A stretch of DNA of 63,929 bases, filler included, from an uncultured Acidimicrobiia bacterium (GTDB lineage Bacteria > Actinomycetota > Acidimicrobiia > Spongiisociales > JAOTWH01), in NCBI GenBank assembly GCA_964347285.1. It is 9 parts of 9 records of this genome, joined end to end, with 100 filler letters (N's around TTAATTAATTAA, not from the genome) between each part and the next. Parts side by side here need not be neighbours in the genome. Positions count along the whole stretch, not along the records: positions 16,062 to 23,896 come from CAYFYE010000106.1; positions 23,997 to 31,620 come from CAYFYE010000107.1; 7 more parts are not named here. One strand, 5' to 3'. Numbering within the stretch: the stretch's first letter is position 1; each line of letters opens with the position of its first letter. The notes below the pieces were generated by a model that was given only the letters and a program-made list of their open reading frames with translations, was not told the origin of the DNA and did not search any database. Both the position numbers and the translations under genes were made by a program. This document shows, one piece after another, positions 18,398 to 29,465 of the stretch.

Positions 18398-20494
18398 GTG
18401 CCCATCGTGTCGTTCTCGAACGACGACGAGCTGCGCGAACTCTTCCGCCAGGAAATAGAAGAACGCGTCCAACAGCTGGTCCAGGGCGCCCGGACCATGG
18501 CGTCGGGCGAGGTGACCGACGAGGTGGCCGGGACCATGTTCCGGGAGGGCCATACGATCAAGGGGACCTCGAGGGTCATGGGATTCGACGCCATGTCCCG
18601 GGCCGGCCAGGCGCTGGAGATGGTTTGGCGCAAGATCCAGCACGGCGACCTGGAGCCGAGCAGTGCGCTTGGTGAGGCTCTCGAGGACCTGGCGGCGGCC
18701 ATCCCCGGTGCTCTCGACGAGGACGCCGAGGAGGGTGGTGCTGCGCTGCGAGTCGCCCTCAAGAAGCTCGATGAGGTGGTGGTGGTCCAGGAAAACATCG
18801 ACGGGCCCGAACCACCCGCCGAGGAATTGCCCCCCGAGTCGCTCCAGGAAGCCCCATCGGGGGAGGCGTTCGAACTCGGCGGCCTGCTCAATGCACTCGA
18901 TACATGGGCGTCCGAGGAGACCGCCCGGGTCAATTCCGCACAGATGTACCGACTCATCAATACGGTGGCTTCACTCAGCATCCACACCCAGGCGCTTCAA
19001 TCGATGGTGCTCGACCTTTCCGACTCCCTTGGAGACGAAGAGTCGGGAACCTCGGCAGTACAGCGACTGGCAGGAACGCTGCAGGCTATGGAAAAAACCA
19101 TCAACTCGGCTCGCCAGACCGCCCTCACGTTGGCCGCAGCACAGCTGAAGGACGTGACCAACACCTTCCCGCAGCTCGTCAACTATCTGGCCAAGAAGAC
19201 CGGGAAAGAGGTCCGCTTCGAGCTGATCGGCGATGAGGAGTCGGTCGACCGTCAGATCCTCGAGCGCCTCGCCGATCCTCTTCGACAGCTCATCGTCAAC
19301 GCAATAGAGCACGGCATCGAGATGCCGCAGGAGCGGGAGGAGGCCGGCAAACCCCCCACCGCCACTCTGGCCGTGCGGGCCATGGTCAAGGAGCACCGCA
19401 TGGAGATCGTCGTCGAGGACGACGGGCGCGGCATCGATTGGAGCGCGGTGCATCGCACCGCACTGCGCCGCGGCTTGCTTCCCGAGGGACAGCCACCCGA
19501 AGAGGGGGCGTTGCGAGCGCTCCTGTTTGCCCCCGGCTTTTCGACGGCCCTGGCACCGAGCGAGCTGGTCGGAGACGGCACCGGGTTGACGATGGTGGCA
19601 GAGTCGATGGAGCAGCTGCGAGGAAGCCTCGACCTGGAGACCGAGCTGGGGAGCGGCACCAGGGTGACGATTGCCGTTCCGACTTCGCGTGCCCTCCAGG
19701 ACGCGCTCTTGGTTTGGGCGGCCGGAAACCAGTGGGGCATCCCGGAGGCTGCCGTGGCCGATACCTTCCCGATTCACCCCGATGAGGTGGTGGTGGACGC
19801 TCGTCGCACGATGGTGACCTGGCTCGATCAATTGATCCCGGCCACCAGCTTCGCGGCGGCGGTGGGGCTCTCGGAGGACGAGCAGCCCACCCAGGCGGTC
19901 GTCGTTCGGAGTCCGGCCGGCCAGGTTGCCCTCACCGTTCCCAACATCATTGGCCAACGTCAGGTGGCCGCCAAGGAGCTGGGACCCTTGCTGGCCGGAG
20001 TGCCCCACCTCACCGGCGCTGCTCTGCTGGGCGGCGGTGATGTGGTGGTGCTGGTCGATCCCGGCAGACTCGCCGAACGGGCTCGCGAGGTCCCGGAAGT
20101 GACCGGACCGCGGCCCCGGGTCCTGGTCGTCGACGACTCTCAGGGCGCCCGACAGGTGGTCGCCGGTGCTCTCGCCTCGGACGGGTTCGATGCCTCGGTG
20201 GCGGGCAGCGTCGAGGAGGCCCTGGCGCTTCTCGTCGAGTCACCGGTCGATGCCCTCGTCGTCGATTACTCCATGCCCGGTTCGGACGGCATCTCACTCG
20301 TGAGGCAGATCCGTCAGCTCTTCGGTCGGCTCCCGATCATCATGCTGTCGGGTGTCGCCACCAGCGAGGATCAGGAGCGGGCCCGCCTCGCCGGGGTCGA
20401 CGCCTACTTCGACAAGGCCGACTTCCGTGAAGGCGCCCTGGCTTCCACCCTTCGCTCGCTGGTCGCCGAGCGCAAGACGGAGGTGGCCGGATGA
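18398..20494 (+). CDS. cheA: CheA-type hybrid histidine kinase (Hpt-dimerisation-HATPase-CheW-REC)
   Basis: FREGHTIKG (Hpt His), NAIEHGIE, DDGRGID, FAPGFST, CheW-like GAALLGGGDVVVLVD, C-terminal REC (VDDS/DYSMPG/K). Start may be 18407. Confidence 0.9.
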   Translation: MPIVSFSNDDELRELFRQEIEERVQQLVQGARTMASGEVTDEVAGTMFREGHTIKGTSRVMGFDAMSRAGQALEMVWRKIQHGDLEPSSALGEALEDLAAAIPGALDEDAEEGGAALRVALKKLDEVVVVQENIDGPEPPAEELPPESLQEAPSGEAFELGGLLNALDTWASEETARVNSAQMYRLINTVASLSIHTQALQSMVLDLSDSLGDEESGTSAVQRLAGTLQAMEKTINSARQTALTLAAAQLKDVTNTFPQLVNYLAKKTGKEVRFELIGDEESVDRQILERLADPLRQLIVNAIEHGIEMPQEREEAGKPPTATLAVRAMVKEHRMEIVVEDDGRGIDWSAVHRTALRRGLLPEGQPPEEGALRALLFAPGFSTALAPSELVGDGTGLTMVAESMEQLRGSLDLETELGSGTRVTIAVPTSRALQDALLVWAAGNQWGIPEAAVADTFPIHPDEVVVDARRTMVTWLDQLIPATSFAAAVGLSEDEQPTQAVVVRSPAGQVALTVPNIIGQRQVAAKELGPLLAGVPHLTGAALLGGGDVVVLVDPGRLAERAREVPEVTGPRPRVLVVDDSQGARQVVAGALASDGFDASVAGSVEEALALLVESPVDALVVDYSMPGSDGISLVRQIRQLFGRLPIIMLSGVATSEDQERARLAGVDAYFDKADFREGALASTLRSLVAERKTEVAG

Positions 20495-21477
20495 AGATCC
20501 TCGTGGCCGACGACAGTCCCGTTCTGCGGGCGGCCGTCTCCAAGCTCCTCGAGCCCGAGGGCTTCGAAGTCGTGACCGCCGAAGACGGAGTCGACGCCAT
20601 CACTCGCTTCTACGAGGAGGCTCCGGACCTGGTGCTCCTCGATATCCAGATGCCGAGGCTCAACGGTTATGTGGTGTGCCGACTCATCAAGGAAGACCCG
20701 GCCGCAGCCGACGTTCCGGTGATGATCCTCACGGTGCGCAGTTCGGCGGAGGATCGCTACTGGGGGGCCAAGTCCGGGGCCGACGGCTACCTGACCAAAG
20801 ATGCCTTGGGGGAGGAGCTCGTCAGCTCCATCAAAGCGGCCCTGGCCAGCCGGGCGCTCCACGAGCTCTCGAGTGGGGAGCCGCTCACGTCGCCGGGAGA
20901 GCATGAGTCCGACGTCCTCACCAGGGTCTGCGAGATGCTCGATCGCAAGCTCTTCGAGGCGACCGTAGTCAACGAGATCACGGCCGTCGCTGCCCGGCCG
21001 GTGGGACTCCAGGGCACCGTCGACGAGATCCTCACCAGTCTGAGCCGCCTCATCAACTTCGATGCCTCGGCGATCGCACTCCCTGAGGAGGGCCGACTCG
21101 AGATGCTCTGCCACCGACGGCCGTCGGACCAGGACGTGGAAGAATTCAGGACGACCTGCGCAGATCACCTCCGGGAGATGCTCGGGGGCGGGGCCCTACC
21201 CGCAGAGCTGCAGACGAGGATCACGGTCCAGTCCGAACAGGGCGAGATCACCGAGCCGCGCGGCTGGCTGACCTTCTATGCGGTCCCGCTGCGCAGCCGC
21301 GGCCAGCTCATCGGCATGCTGGCGTTGGGGGCGTTCCTCCCCGGAGCGTTCAGTGACGCCACCCATCGGACGCTGCGCACGGTGACTCCGTCCATCGTCT
21401 CGGTACTGGACTCGGCGCGGCAGTTTCAGACGACCCTGGCCGACGAGGCCTGGGCCACCTTCTCTTCGCTCGGCTGA
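20491..21477 (+). CDS. Response regulator REC + GAF-like domain, no output domain
   Basis: VADDS, LLDIQMPRLNG, T, K in REC; AVPLRSRGQLIGMLAL...F GAF signature; ATGA overlap with cheA. Confidence 0.85.
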   Translation: MKILVADDSPVLRAAVSKLLEPEGFEVVTAEDGVDAITRFYEEAPDLVLLDIQMPRLNGYVVCRLIKEDPAAADVPVMILTVRSSAEDRYWGAKSGADGYLTKDALGEELVSSIKAALASRALHELSSGEPLTSPGEHESDVLTRVCEMLDRKLFEATVVNEITAVAARPVGLQGTVDEILTSLSRLINFDASAIALPEEGRLEMLCHRRPSDQDVEEFRTTCADHLREMLGGGALPAELQTRITVQSEQGEITEPRGWLTFYAVPLRSRGQLIGMLALGAFLPGAFSDATHRTLRTVTPSIVSVLDSARQFQTTLADEAWATFSSLG

Positions 21478-21539
21478 GGGTTACCGGCGCCCGGCCGCGC
21501 CGGAGTTTGCGCCACCCCTCCGTATACTCGATCTCCCCG

Positions 21540-23723
21540 ATGGATTCCTCCATCCTCGACGATCTCAACCCCGCCCAGCGCCAGGCAGTCGCGACGATCG
21601 AGGGGCCGGTCCTGGTGGTGGCCGGCGCCGGATCCGGCAAGACCAGGGTGCTGACCCATCGCATCGCGCATCTCATCGGTGACCTGGCGGTGTCGCCCTA
21701 TGCGCTGCTGGCGATCACGTTCACCAACAAGGCCGCCGACGAGATGAAGGAGCGGGTGCGAGCCCTGGTCGGCAGCGTGGTCGAGGGCATGTGGGTCTCG
21801 ACGTTCCACAGCGCCTGCGCCCGGATCCTGCGCCGCGAGGCGCCCCGCCTCGGATACCGCTCGGCTTTCAGCATCTACGACGAGGCCGACTCCCTGCGCC
21901 TCACCGCCTACTGCGTGAGCGACCTCGACCTCGACCCCAAGCGCTTTCCACCCAAAGGAATTCGTCAGGCAATCAGCAACGCCAAGAACGAGCTGATCGA
22001 CTACGAGAGCTTCGCCGCCCAGGGCAGCGGCGCCTATCACGAAAAGGTGGCCGACGTCTACCGCTTGTACCAGCAGCGACTCCTGGAGGCGTCGGCCATG
22101 GACTTCGACGACCTGCTGATGGTGATGGTCGAGCTGCTAACCGCTTTCCCCGAGGTCCTCGAGCACTACCAGGACCGCTTTCGCTACATCATGGTCGACG
22201 AGTACCAGGACACGAACGCGCCCCAGTACGAGATCGTCGCGGCCCTGGCCGCCGAGCACCGCAACCTGTGCGTCGTGGGCGACGACGACCAGTCGATCTA
22301 TGGCTGGCGCGGCGCCGACATCAGCCGCATCCTCGGGTTCGAGCGGGACTGGCCCGACGCTTCGGTGGTCCTCCTGGAACAGAACTACCGGTCGACCGAG
22401 GTCATCCTCGAAGCGGCCAATGCGGTGATCGCCAACAACGCAGCTCGCAAGCCGAAGCGGCTGTGGACGGATCTGGGTCGGGGCGAGGCCGTCGTGGCGT
22501 TCGAGGCCCAGGACGAGCGCGATGAGGCGGCGTTCCTGGCCGAGGAGATAGGGGTGCTCGAAGAGGGGGGCCGGGCCCTGAGCGAGCTCGCCATCTTCTA
22601 TCGCACCAATGCCCAGAGCCGGGTGATCGAGGAGACCTTCGTTCGCTACGGGGTGCCTTACCAGGTGGTGGGCGGGCCGAAGTTCTACGACCGCAGGGAG
22701 GTCAAGGACGCCCTGGCCTATCTGCGCATGCTGGCCAACGAGGATGATGCGGTCGCGGTCAAGCGGATCGTGAACGTCCCCAAGCGAGGCATCGGCGACA
22801 CCACCATCGGCCACCTCGACCGCACCGCCGAGGCCGAGCGCATCTCCTTCTTCGACACGCTGCGCCGGGCCGAAGCCAACGAGCGGCTCAGCACCAGGGC
22901 CCGGCGCCAGATCGCCGAGTTCGTGGAGTTGGCCGACTTCCTTCGCCACAAGGCCGAGGGAGGCCCGCGCGCCGCCGTGGATGCGGTGATCACCGAGACC
23001 GGCTATCTGGACGCCCTCCAGGCCGAAGGAACCATCGAGGCAATGGGTCGAGCCGAGAACCTGAAAGAGCTTCTGACGGTCGCAGAAGAATTCGAGGAGT
23101 CGGCGCCGGGTCTCCTCTTCGACGGTCCCGTCTGGGAGGAGCTCGACGGCCTGGAACGGGTCGAGCGGTTTCTGGAATCGGTGAGCCTCGTCTCCGATAT
23201 CGACTCCTTCGACGACCATGCCGGGGCGGTGACGCTGATGACACTCCACAATGCCAAGGGCCTCGAGTTCCCGGTCGTGTTCATCGCCGGCCTCGAGGAG
23301 GGCGTCTTTCCCCACATCCGGACGCTGGGCGATCCCGACCAGCTCGAGGAGGAGCGTCGGCTCGCCTACGTCGGTATCACAAGGGCCCAACAGATCCTGT
23401 ATCTCACCCATGCCTGGAGCCGCAGCCTGTGGGGCGGCACCAGCTACAACTCGCCCTCACGATTTCTGGGGGAGGTGCCGGACGAGCTGCTCCGCTCCGT
23501 CAAGCGAGAGCGCCGCCCCGAGATGGAGGAGGCCCGACCCCGTCCGACGCTGGACGGTTCCCAGCTGGCGGTGGGGGATCGGGTCCGCCATGAGCACTGG
23601 GGGTTGGGAACCGTCACCGAGATCCTCGGGGACGGAGATCGGGCCGAGGCCGTGGTCGGCTTCGACACCGAGGGGGACAAGCGGCTTCTTTTGGCCTGGG
23701 CGCCGCTGGAGAAGGTCACCTAG
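21540..23723 (+). CDS. pcrA: ATP-dependent DNA helicase PcrA/UvrD
   Basis: AGAGSGKT, TFTNKAA, DEYQD, NYRST, TLHNAKGLEF, EERRLAYVGITRA, C-terminal Tudor-like domain. Confidence 0.97.
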   Translation: MDSSILDDLNPAQRQAVATIEGPVLVVAGAGSGKTRVLTHRIAHLIGDLAVSPYALLAITFTNKAADEMKERVRALVGSVVEGMWVSTFHSACARILRREAPRLGYRSAFSIYDEADSLRLTAYCVSDLDLDPKRFPPKGIRQAISNAKNELIDYESFAAQGSGAYHEKVADVYRLYQQRLLEASAMDFDDLLMVMVELLTAFPEVLEHYQDRFRYIMVDEYQDTNAPQYEIVAALAAEHRNLCVVGDDDQSIYGWRGADISRILGFERDWPDASVVLLEQNYRSTEVILEAANAVIANNAARKPKRLWTDLGRGEAVVAFEAQDERDEAAFLAEEIGVLEEGGRALSELAIFYRTNAQSRVIEETFVRYGVPYQVVGGPKFYDRREVKDALAYLRMLANEDDAVAVKRIVNVPKRGIGDTTIGHLDRTAEAERISFFDTLRRAEANERLSTRARRQIAEFVELADFLRHKAEGGPRAAVDAVITETGYLDALQAEGTIEAMGRAENLKELLTVAEEFEESAPGLLFDGPVWEELDGLERVERFLESVSLVSDIDSFDDHAGAVTLMTLHNAKGLEFPVVFIAGLEEGVFPHIRTLGDPDQLEEERRLAYVGITRAQQILYLTHAWSRSLWGGTSYNSPSRFLGEVPDELLRSVKRERRPEMEEARPRPTLDGSQLAVGDRVRHEHWGLGTVTEILGDGDRAEAVVGFDTEGDKRLLLAWAPLEKVT

Positions 23724-23724
23724 C

Positions 23725-23896
23725 TGTTCTGTCCATAGGGGTTGTTGACACTCGGCCGTTGACCTTCTCGCTTGGGCAGCTCGGTCAGCAGCTGCAGCCT
23801 GCCGGGCGCGCGCCCAGCGTGGTCTTTCGAGTGGGCGCGATTGCCGGATCGGCTCGGACCCGAGTGCGCGATATCGCTCTTGGCGGTGGGTGATCT
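23725..23896. mobile_element. Probable IS481-family end (TIR-like) or derived MITE, running to contig end
   Basis: TGTTCTGTCCATAGGGGTTGTTGACA directly after CCTAGC (NCTAGN target); contig breaks about 150 bp later. Confidence 0.5.
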
Positions 23897-23996
23897 NNNN
23901 NNNNNNNNNNNNNNNNNNNNNNNNNNNNNNNNNNNNNNNNTTAATTAATTAANNNNNNNNNNNNNNNNNNNNNNNNNNNNNNNNNNNNNNNNNNNN

Positions 23997-24586
23997 GCAC
24001 CGTGTTGCCCGAGAAGTACGAGCGGAAGGGCTCGCCCGGGAAGGTGAGCACCTGGGTGCCATAGCCCCGGTCGACGAACTCGATGAGCGGGTCCCCGGAG
24101 ATCTCCTCGGAGAAGCGAGTGCAGCGTGCGCAGAGAATGCACCGCTCCCGATCGAGCATCACCAGCTCCGAGATCGCTATCGGCTTGGGGAAATGGCGCT
24201 TCTCTTCGATGAAGCGGCTCTCTCCCGGGCCGTAAGCCATCGTCTGATCCTGCAGGGGGCACTCTCCGCCTCGGTCGCAAACCGGGCAGTCGAGGGGGTG
24301 GTTGATCAGCAGGAACTCGAGGACCCCCTCCTGGGCCTTCTTGACCACCTCCGACTGGGTGTGAACGACCATCTGGTCGGCGACCCGGGTGGTGCACGAT
24401 GTGGTGAGCATCGTTCCCCGCGGCCCCTCGATCTCGATCAGGCACATCCGGCACATCCCCACCGGATTCATCCGCTTGTGCCAGCAGAACCGGGGGATGT
24501 AGGTGCCGGCGTTCTCACACGCCTCGATGAGCAACGCCCCGGCGTCGACTTCGAGCTCCCTCTCGTCGACGGTGATCGTCACCCGG

Positions 24587-24594
<8 letters not shown>
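23997..24594 (-). CDS. nuoG: NADH-quinone oxidoreductase subunit G, 3'-partial
   Basis: IPRFC...[38 protein letters not shown] start. Confidence 0.95.
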
Positions 24595-25890
<1,296 letters not shown>

Positions 25891-25894
<4 letters not shown>

Positions 25895-26508
25895 CGCCCC
25901 TCCTTGGCGCTCCCGTACGGGCCGAAGGCCGGCACCGGAGCCGTGGCCCCTTCATCTTCGGCCGGCCCCCAGTCGAAGGACCGCCGGGAACCGAAGAGCT
26001 GCTGCATCTCGTCGGAGAGCACGACATCGGGTCGGCCGTCGCGCAGCCAGCGACACAGAGCCCGGGCCTTGTCCGGCTCGACCCCCTCTACCAGCTCGTA
26101 GTTGACCTGCACCGCCGTGGCTCCTCCGCAGGCCCCGATGCACTCGACGTGCTCCACCGAGAAGAGTCCGTCGGGATCGGTCTCACCGTCGGGCACGCCC
26201 GTCTCGTCTTCGACGGCCCTGAGGACGTCGTCGGCCCCCAGCAACATGCAGGAGATCGAGGTGCACACCGACAACAGATAACGCCCGGTCACCTCTCGCT
26301 TGAACATCGTGTAGAAGCTGGCCACCGCCTGCACCTGGGCCGCAGTCAGCCCGGTGAGATCGGCGACCTCCCGCATGCCCTCATCGGTGACGTGACCTTC
26401 CTCGAGAGCGACCAGGTAGAGCAAGGGCATCACTGCCGAGCGCCGGTCCGGATATCGCTTCACGAGCGTCTTCGCCTTCCGGCGAGCCTTCGTCCCCAGC
26501 ACCGTCAC
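25891..26508 (-). CDS. nuoE: NADH-quinone oxidoreductase subunit E
   Basis: ASFYTMF, CTSISC, ECIGAC; GTGA overlap with nuoD stop. Confidence 0.95.
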
Positions 26509-27941
26509 CGGTCGACGTCTCCCATGATCGGATCCAATGAGGCCACGGTGGCGATGATGTCGGCGACGATCGAGTCGGTGGCCATCACCGGGAGCGCCTG
26601 CACGGCGGCAAATGAGGGGGCCCGGGTATGCATGCGCCACGGCTTGGCGCTCCCGTCCGACACCATGTATACACCCAGCTCGCCGCGAGGCGACTCGACG
26701 GCCGCGTAGGTCTCGCCGGCCGGGACCCGGAAACCTTCGGTAAAGATCTTGAAGTGGTGAATCAGTGCCTCCATCGACTCGTCGATGCGGGCCCGCGGCG
26801 GTGGGGTCACCTTGCGGTCGTCGGTGCGGTAGTCCCCGGCGGGCATGGCGTCGGCGGCTTGGGAGACGATCCGCAACGACTGCCGCATCTCCTCGAGGCG
26901 CACCAGATAGCGGTCGTACACGTCTCCGTAGCGGCCGGTGGCCACCTCGAAGTCGTAGTGATCGATGCCCGAATAGGGAAAGGCCTTGCGGAGGTCCCAA
27001 TCGACGCCGGTGGCCCGCAGGATCGGGCCGGTGACGCCGTACGCGTAACACTCGTCGGGGGTGATCACCCCCACCCCCTGGGTGCGCTCGAGGAAGATCG
27101 GATTGGCGCTGAGCAGGTCCTCGTACTCGGGTATGCGCTTGGGAATTACCTCGAGGATCTCGGCGATGTCGTCCTCCCAGCCGTCGGGAAGGTCGGCGGC
27201 GACGCCGCCGGGTCGGATGTAGTTGTGGTTCATCCGCAGCCCGGTGGTCTTCTCGAAGAAGGCCAGCAGCAGCTCCCGCTCCCGCCAGCCGTAGAGCATC
27301 ATCGACAGCGCTCCCACGTCGAGGCCCTGGGTGGCCAGCTGGAGCAGGTGGCTGGAGATCCGGTTCAGTTCGGTCATAAGCACCCGGATCGCTTGAGCCC
27401 GGGGCGGCACTTCGACGCCGAGCAGGTTCTCGGTGGCCATCGAGAATGCCAACTCGTTGAAGAACGGCGCCAGGTAATCCATCCGGGTGACGTTGGTGGG
27501 ACCCTGGAGGTAGGTGAGGACCTCAGCGGTCTTCTCCATGCCGGTGTGCAGGTAACCGATGATCGGCTTGACCCGGCGGATCTTCTCCCCTTCCAGCTCG
27601 AGCTGGAGACGCAACACGCCGTGGGTGGCCGGATGCTGGGGGCCCATATTGAGGATCTGCGTCTCCTCAGCGGAAACATCTTCTTCCAGCATGAAATCAT
27701 CGGTGACCAGGACGCCCCGCTGCTCGGCCAGCTCGAGGCCGGCCTCCTCGTCGAGCATCTCCTGGGCGCCCTCGGAGGTGGCTCGGCTCACCCACTCCGG
27801 TTCCTCGGTGCCGGTGACCCAGACCTCGTGGACCCTCCGCCTATCCTCCTCGACCGGCGCCTCGGCGTCGGCCCCTCCCTCGGGGACCTCGGTCGTCGGG
27901 GCCTCGGTGTCGCCGGTCGCCAGGTCGGGGGGATTGGCCAT
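26505..27941 (-). CDS. nuoD: NADH-quinone oxidoreductase subunit D with acidic N-terminal extension
   Basis: NMGPQHPATHGVLRL, GYLHTGMEK, RMDY, ESPRGE, GDVDR. Confidence 0.96.
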   Translation of the reverse strand: MANPPDLATGDTEAPTTEVPEGGADAEAPVEEDRRRVHEVWVTGTEEPEWVSRATSEGAQEMLDEEAGLELAEQRGVLVTDDFMLEEDVSAEETQILNMGPQHPATHGVLRLQLELEGEKIRRVKPIIGYLHTGMEKTAEVLTYLQGPTNVTRMDYLAPFFNELAFSMATENLLGVEVPPRAQAIRVLMTELNRISSHLLQLATQGLDVGALSMMLYGWRERELLLAFFEKTTGLRMNHNYIRPGGVAADLPDGWEDDIAEILEVIPKRIPEYEDLLSANPIFLERTQGVGVITPDECYAYGVTGPILRATGVDWDLRKAFPYSGIDHYDFEVATGRYGDVYDRYLVRLEEMRQSLRIVSQAADAMPAGDYRTDDRKVTPPPRARIDESMEALIHHFKIFTEGFRVPAGETYAAVESPRGELGVYMVSDGSAKPWRMHTRAPSFAAVQALPVMATDSIVADIIATVASLDPIMGDVDR

Positions 27942-28468
27942 CAGTCCGCCTTGGGAGACGCCTTGAACTGCACGGGCACCGAACCGACCGGGCTGTCCTT
28001 GCGCAACGGATAACCCTCCCAGTCGTCGGGCATGAGGATGCGGGTGAGATCGGGGTGTCCGTCGAAGTGAATGCCCATCAGGTCGTAGATCTCCCGCTCG
28101 TAGAAGTTGACGCCGGGGTACACGGAGGTGAGCGAGGGAGCCACCGGATCGTCGCCCGGTACTCCGACCCTGATGCGCAGCCGCCGCCGGTGCTGCAGCG
28201 AGACCAGATTGGCTACGATCTCGAATCGGGGCCGCCGGCTCAGGTAGTCGACGGAGGTCACGTCGACGCACATCTCGAAGCCGGCCTCCCGGGCCGCCGC
28301 GGCGAACGCAACCAGGTCGTCGCGTTCGACCACCGCCACATCCTGGCCGGAGGACACCTCGAATCGAGCCCCCGGGAACTGCTCCGCCAGAGGACCGAGC
28401 ATCGAGTCGTCGGTCGGTGTCTCCCGCGGTGGCGGCGTCGCGGTCGACCCTGAAGTCACCTCGCTCAT
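27941..28468 (-). CDS. nuoC: NADH-quinone oxidoreductase subunit C
   Basis: [36 protein letters not shown]. Confidence 0.96.
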   Translation of the reverse strand: MSEVTSGSTATPPPRETPTDDSMLGPLAEQFPGARFEVSSGQDVAVVERDDLVAFAAAAREAGFEMCVDVTSVDYLSRRPRFEIVANLVSLQHRRRLRIRVGVPGDDPVAPSLTSVYPGVNFYEREIYDLMGIHFDGHPDLTRILMPDDWEGYPLRKDSPVGSVPVQFKASPKAD

Positions 28469-28962
28469 GCTCTGGCCCCGAGAGCCGAACCCCCCTGGCG
28501 GGCCTCACCCGTGCGCACCATCTCCTGCAACGTGAGGATGCCGTGCATGAGCGATTGGGGTCCGGGCGGGCATCCGGGAACATATATGTCCACCGGCACC
28601 ACCTGGTCCACCCCCTGTACGAGAGCGTAGTTGTTGAACATCCCGCCGGTGGAGGCGCAGGCTCCCATCGAGATAACCCACTTGGGCTCGGCCATCTGGT
28701 CGTACACCTGGCGAAGCACCGGAGCCATCTTCTGGGATACCCGGCCGGCAACGATCATCAGATCGGCCTGCCGGGGCGAGGCCCGAAACACTTCCATGCC
28801 GAATCGGGCCAGGTCGTTGTGAGCGGCCCCGGTGGCCATCATCTCGATGGCGCAGCAGGCCAGGCCGAACGTCGCCGGCCACATCGACTGGACCTGCACC
28901 CACCGGGCCACCTTGTCCAGGCTGGTGGTGAGGATGCCCGGGACTCCCGAAGCCCGCCCCAT
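28465..28962 (-). CDS. nuoB: NADH-quinone oxidoreductase subunit B
   Basis: [26 protein letters not shown]. Confidence 0.97.
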   Translation of the reverse strand: MGRASGVPGILTTSLDKVARWVQVQSMWPATFGLACCAIEMMATGAAHNDLARFGMEVFRASPRQADLMIVAGRVSQKMAPVLRQVYDQMAEPKWVISMGACASTGGMFNNYALVQGVDQVVPVDIYVPGCPPGPQSLMHGILTLQEMVRTGEARQGGSALGARA

Positions 28963-29390
28963 CAGGCCGCCTCTCCCGACTCGGATTCACCGTCCGGCGC
29001 GACCACTCGCCGGTAGCGAGCTCGCATGGGGATGTTCCAGTCGAGCGCCCCCCGTTTCCATACGTAGCCCAACGTCTCGACCAGCAAGACCGTGAAGATG
29101 CCCACCGCCGCCACCCCGTACCAGCCCAGCTCCTGAAACCGGCTGGCCCAGGCGAACAGGAACACGATCTCGATGTCGAACAGCACGAACAGCATCGCAA
29201 CCAGGTAGAACTTGACCGGAAACCGCTGTACCGGTTCGCGCACCGGGACGATGCCCGACTCATAGGGAGCCGTCTTCTCCAGGCTGGGGCGCTTAGGAGA
29301 GATGAGCCCGGATGCCACGAAGGAAAAGAGGGCAAAGCCGACCCCGAGGATGAACATGAGGGCGATCGGCAGGTAGTCGGCCAGCGTCAC
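28962..29390 (-). CDS. nuoA: NADH-quinone oxidoreductase subunit A
   Basis: [28 protein letters not shown]. Confidence 0.97.
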   Translation of the reverse strand: MTLADYLPIALMFILGVGFALFSFVASGLISPKRPSLEKTAPYESGIVPVREPVQRFPVKFYLVAMLFVLFDIEIVFLFAWASRFQELGWYGVAAVGIFTVLLVETLGYVWKRGALDWNIPMRARYRRVVAPDGESESGEAA

Positions 29391-29465
29391 AGGCGCCCCT
29401 CGAGCATGGGGGCATGCTAGGAAGCGCGTTCGGGGAAGCCGAAACTCAACCGGCCGGCTGAGGCG

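Noticed and set aside
26505..28751. 748-aa fused NuoCD-like ORF
   Set aside because: The upstream part is an alternative frame over nuoB/nuoC; NuoD starts at 27941.
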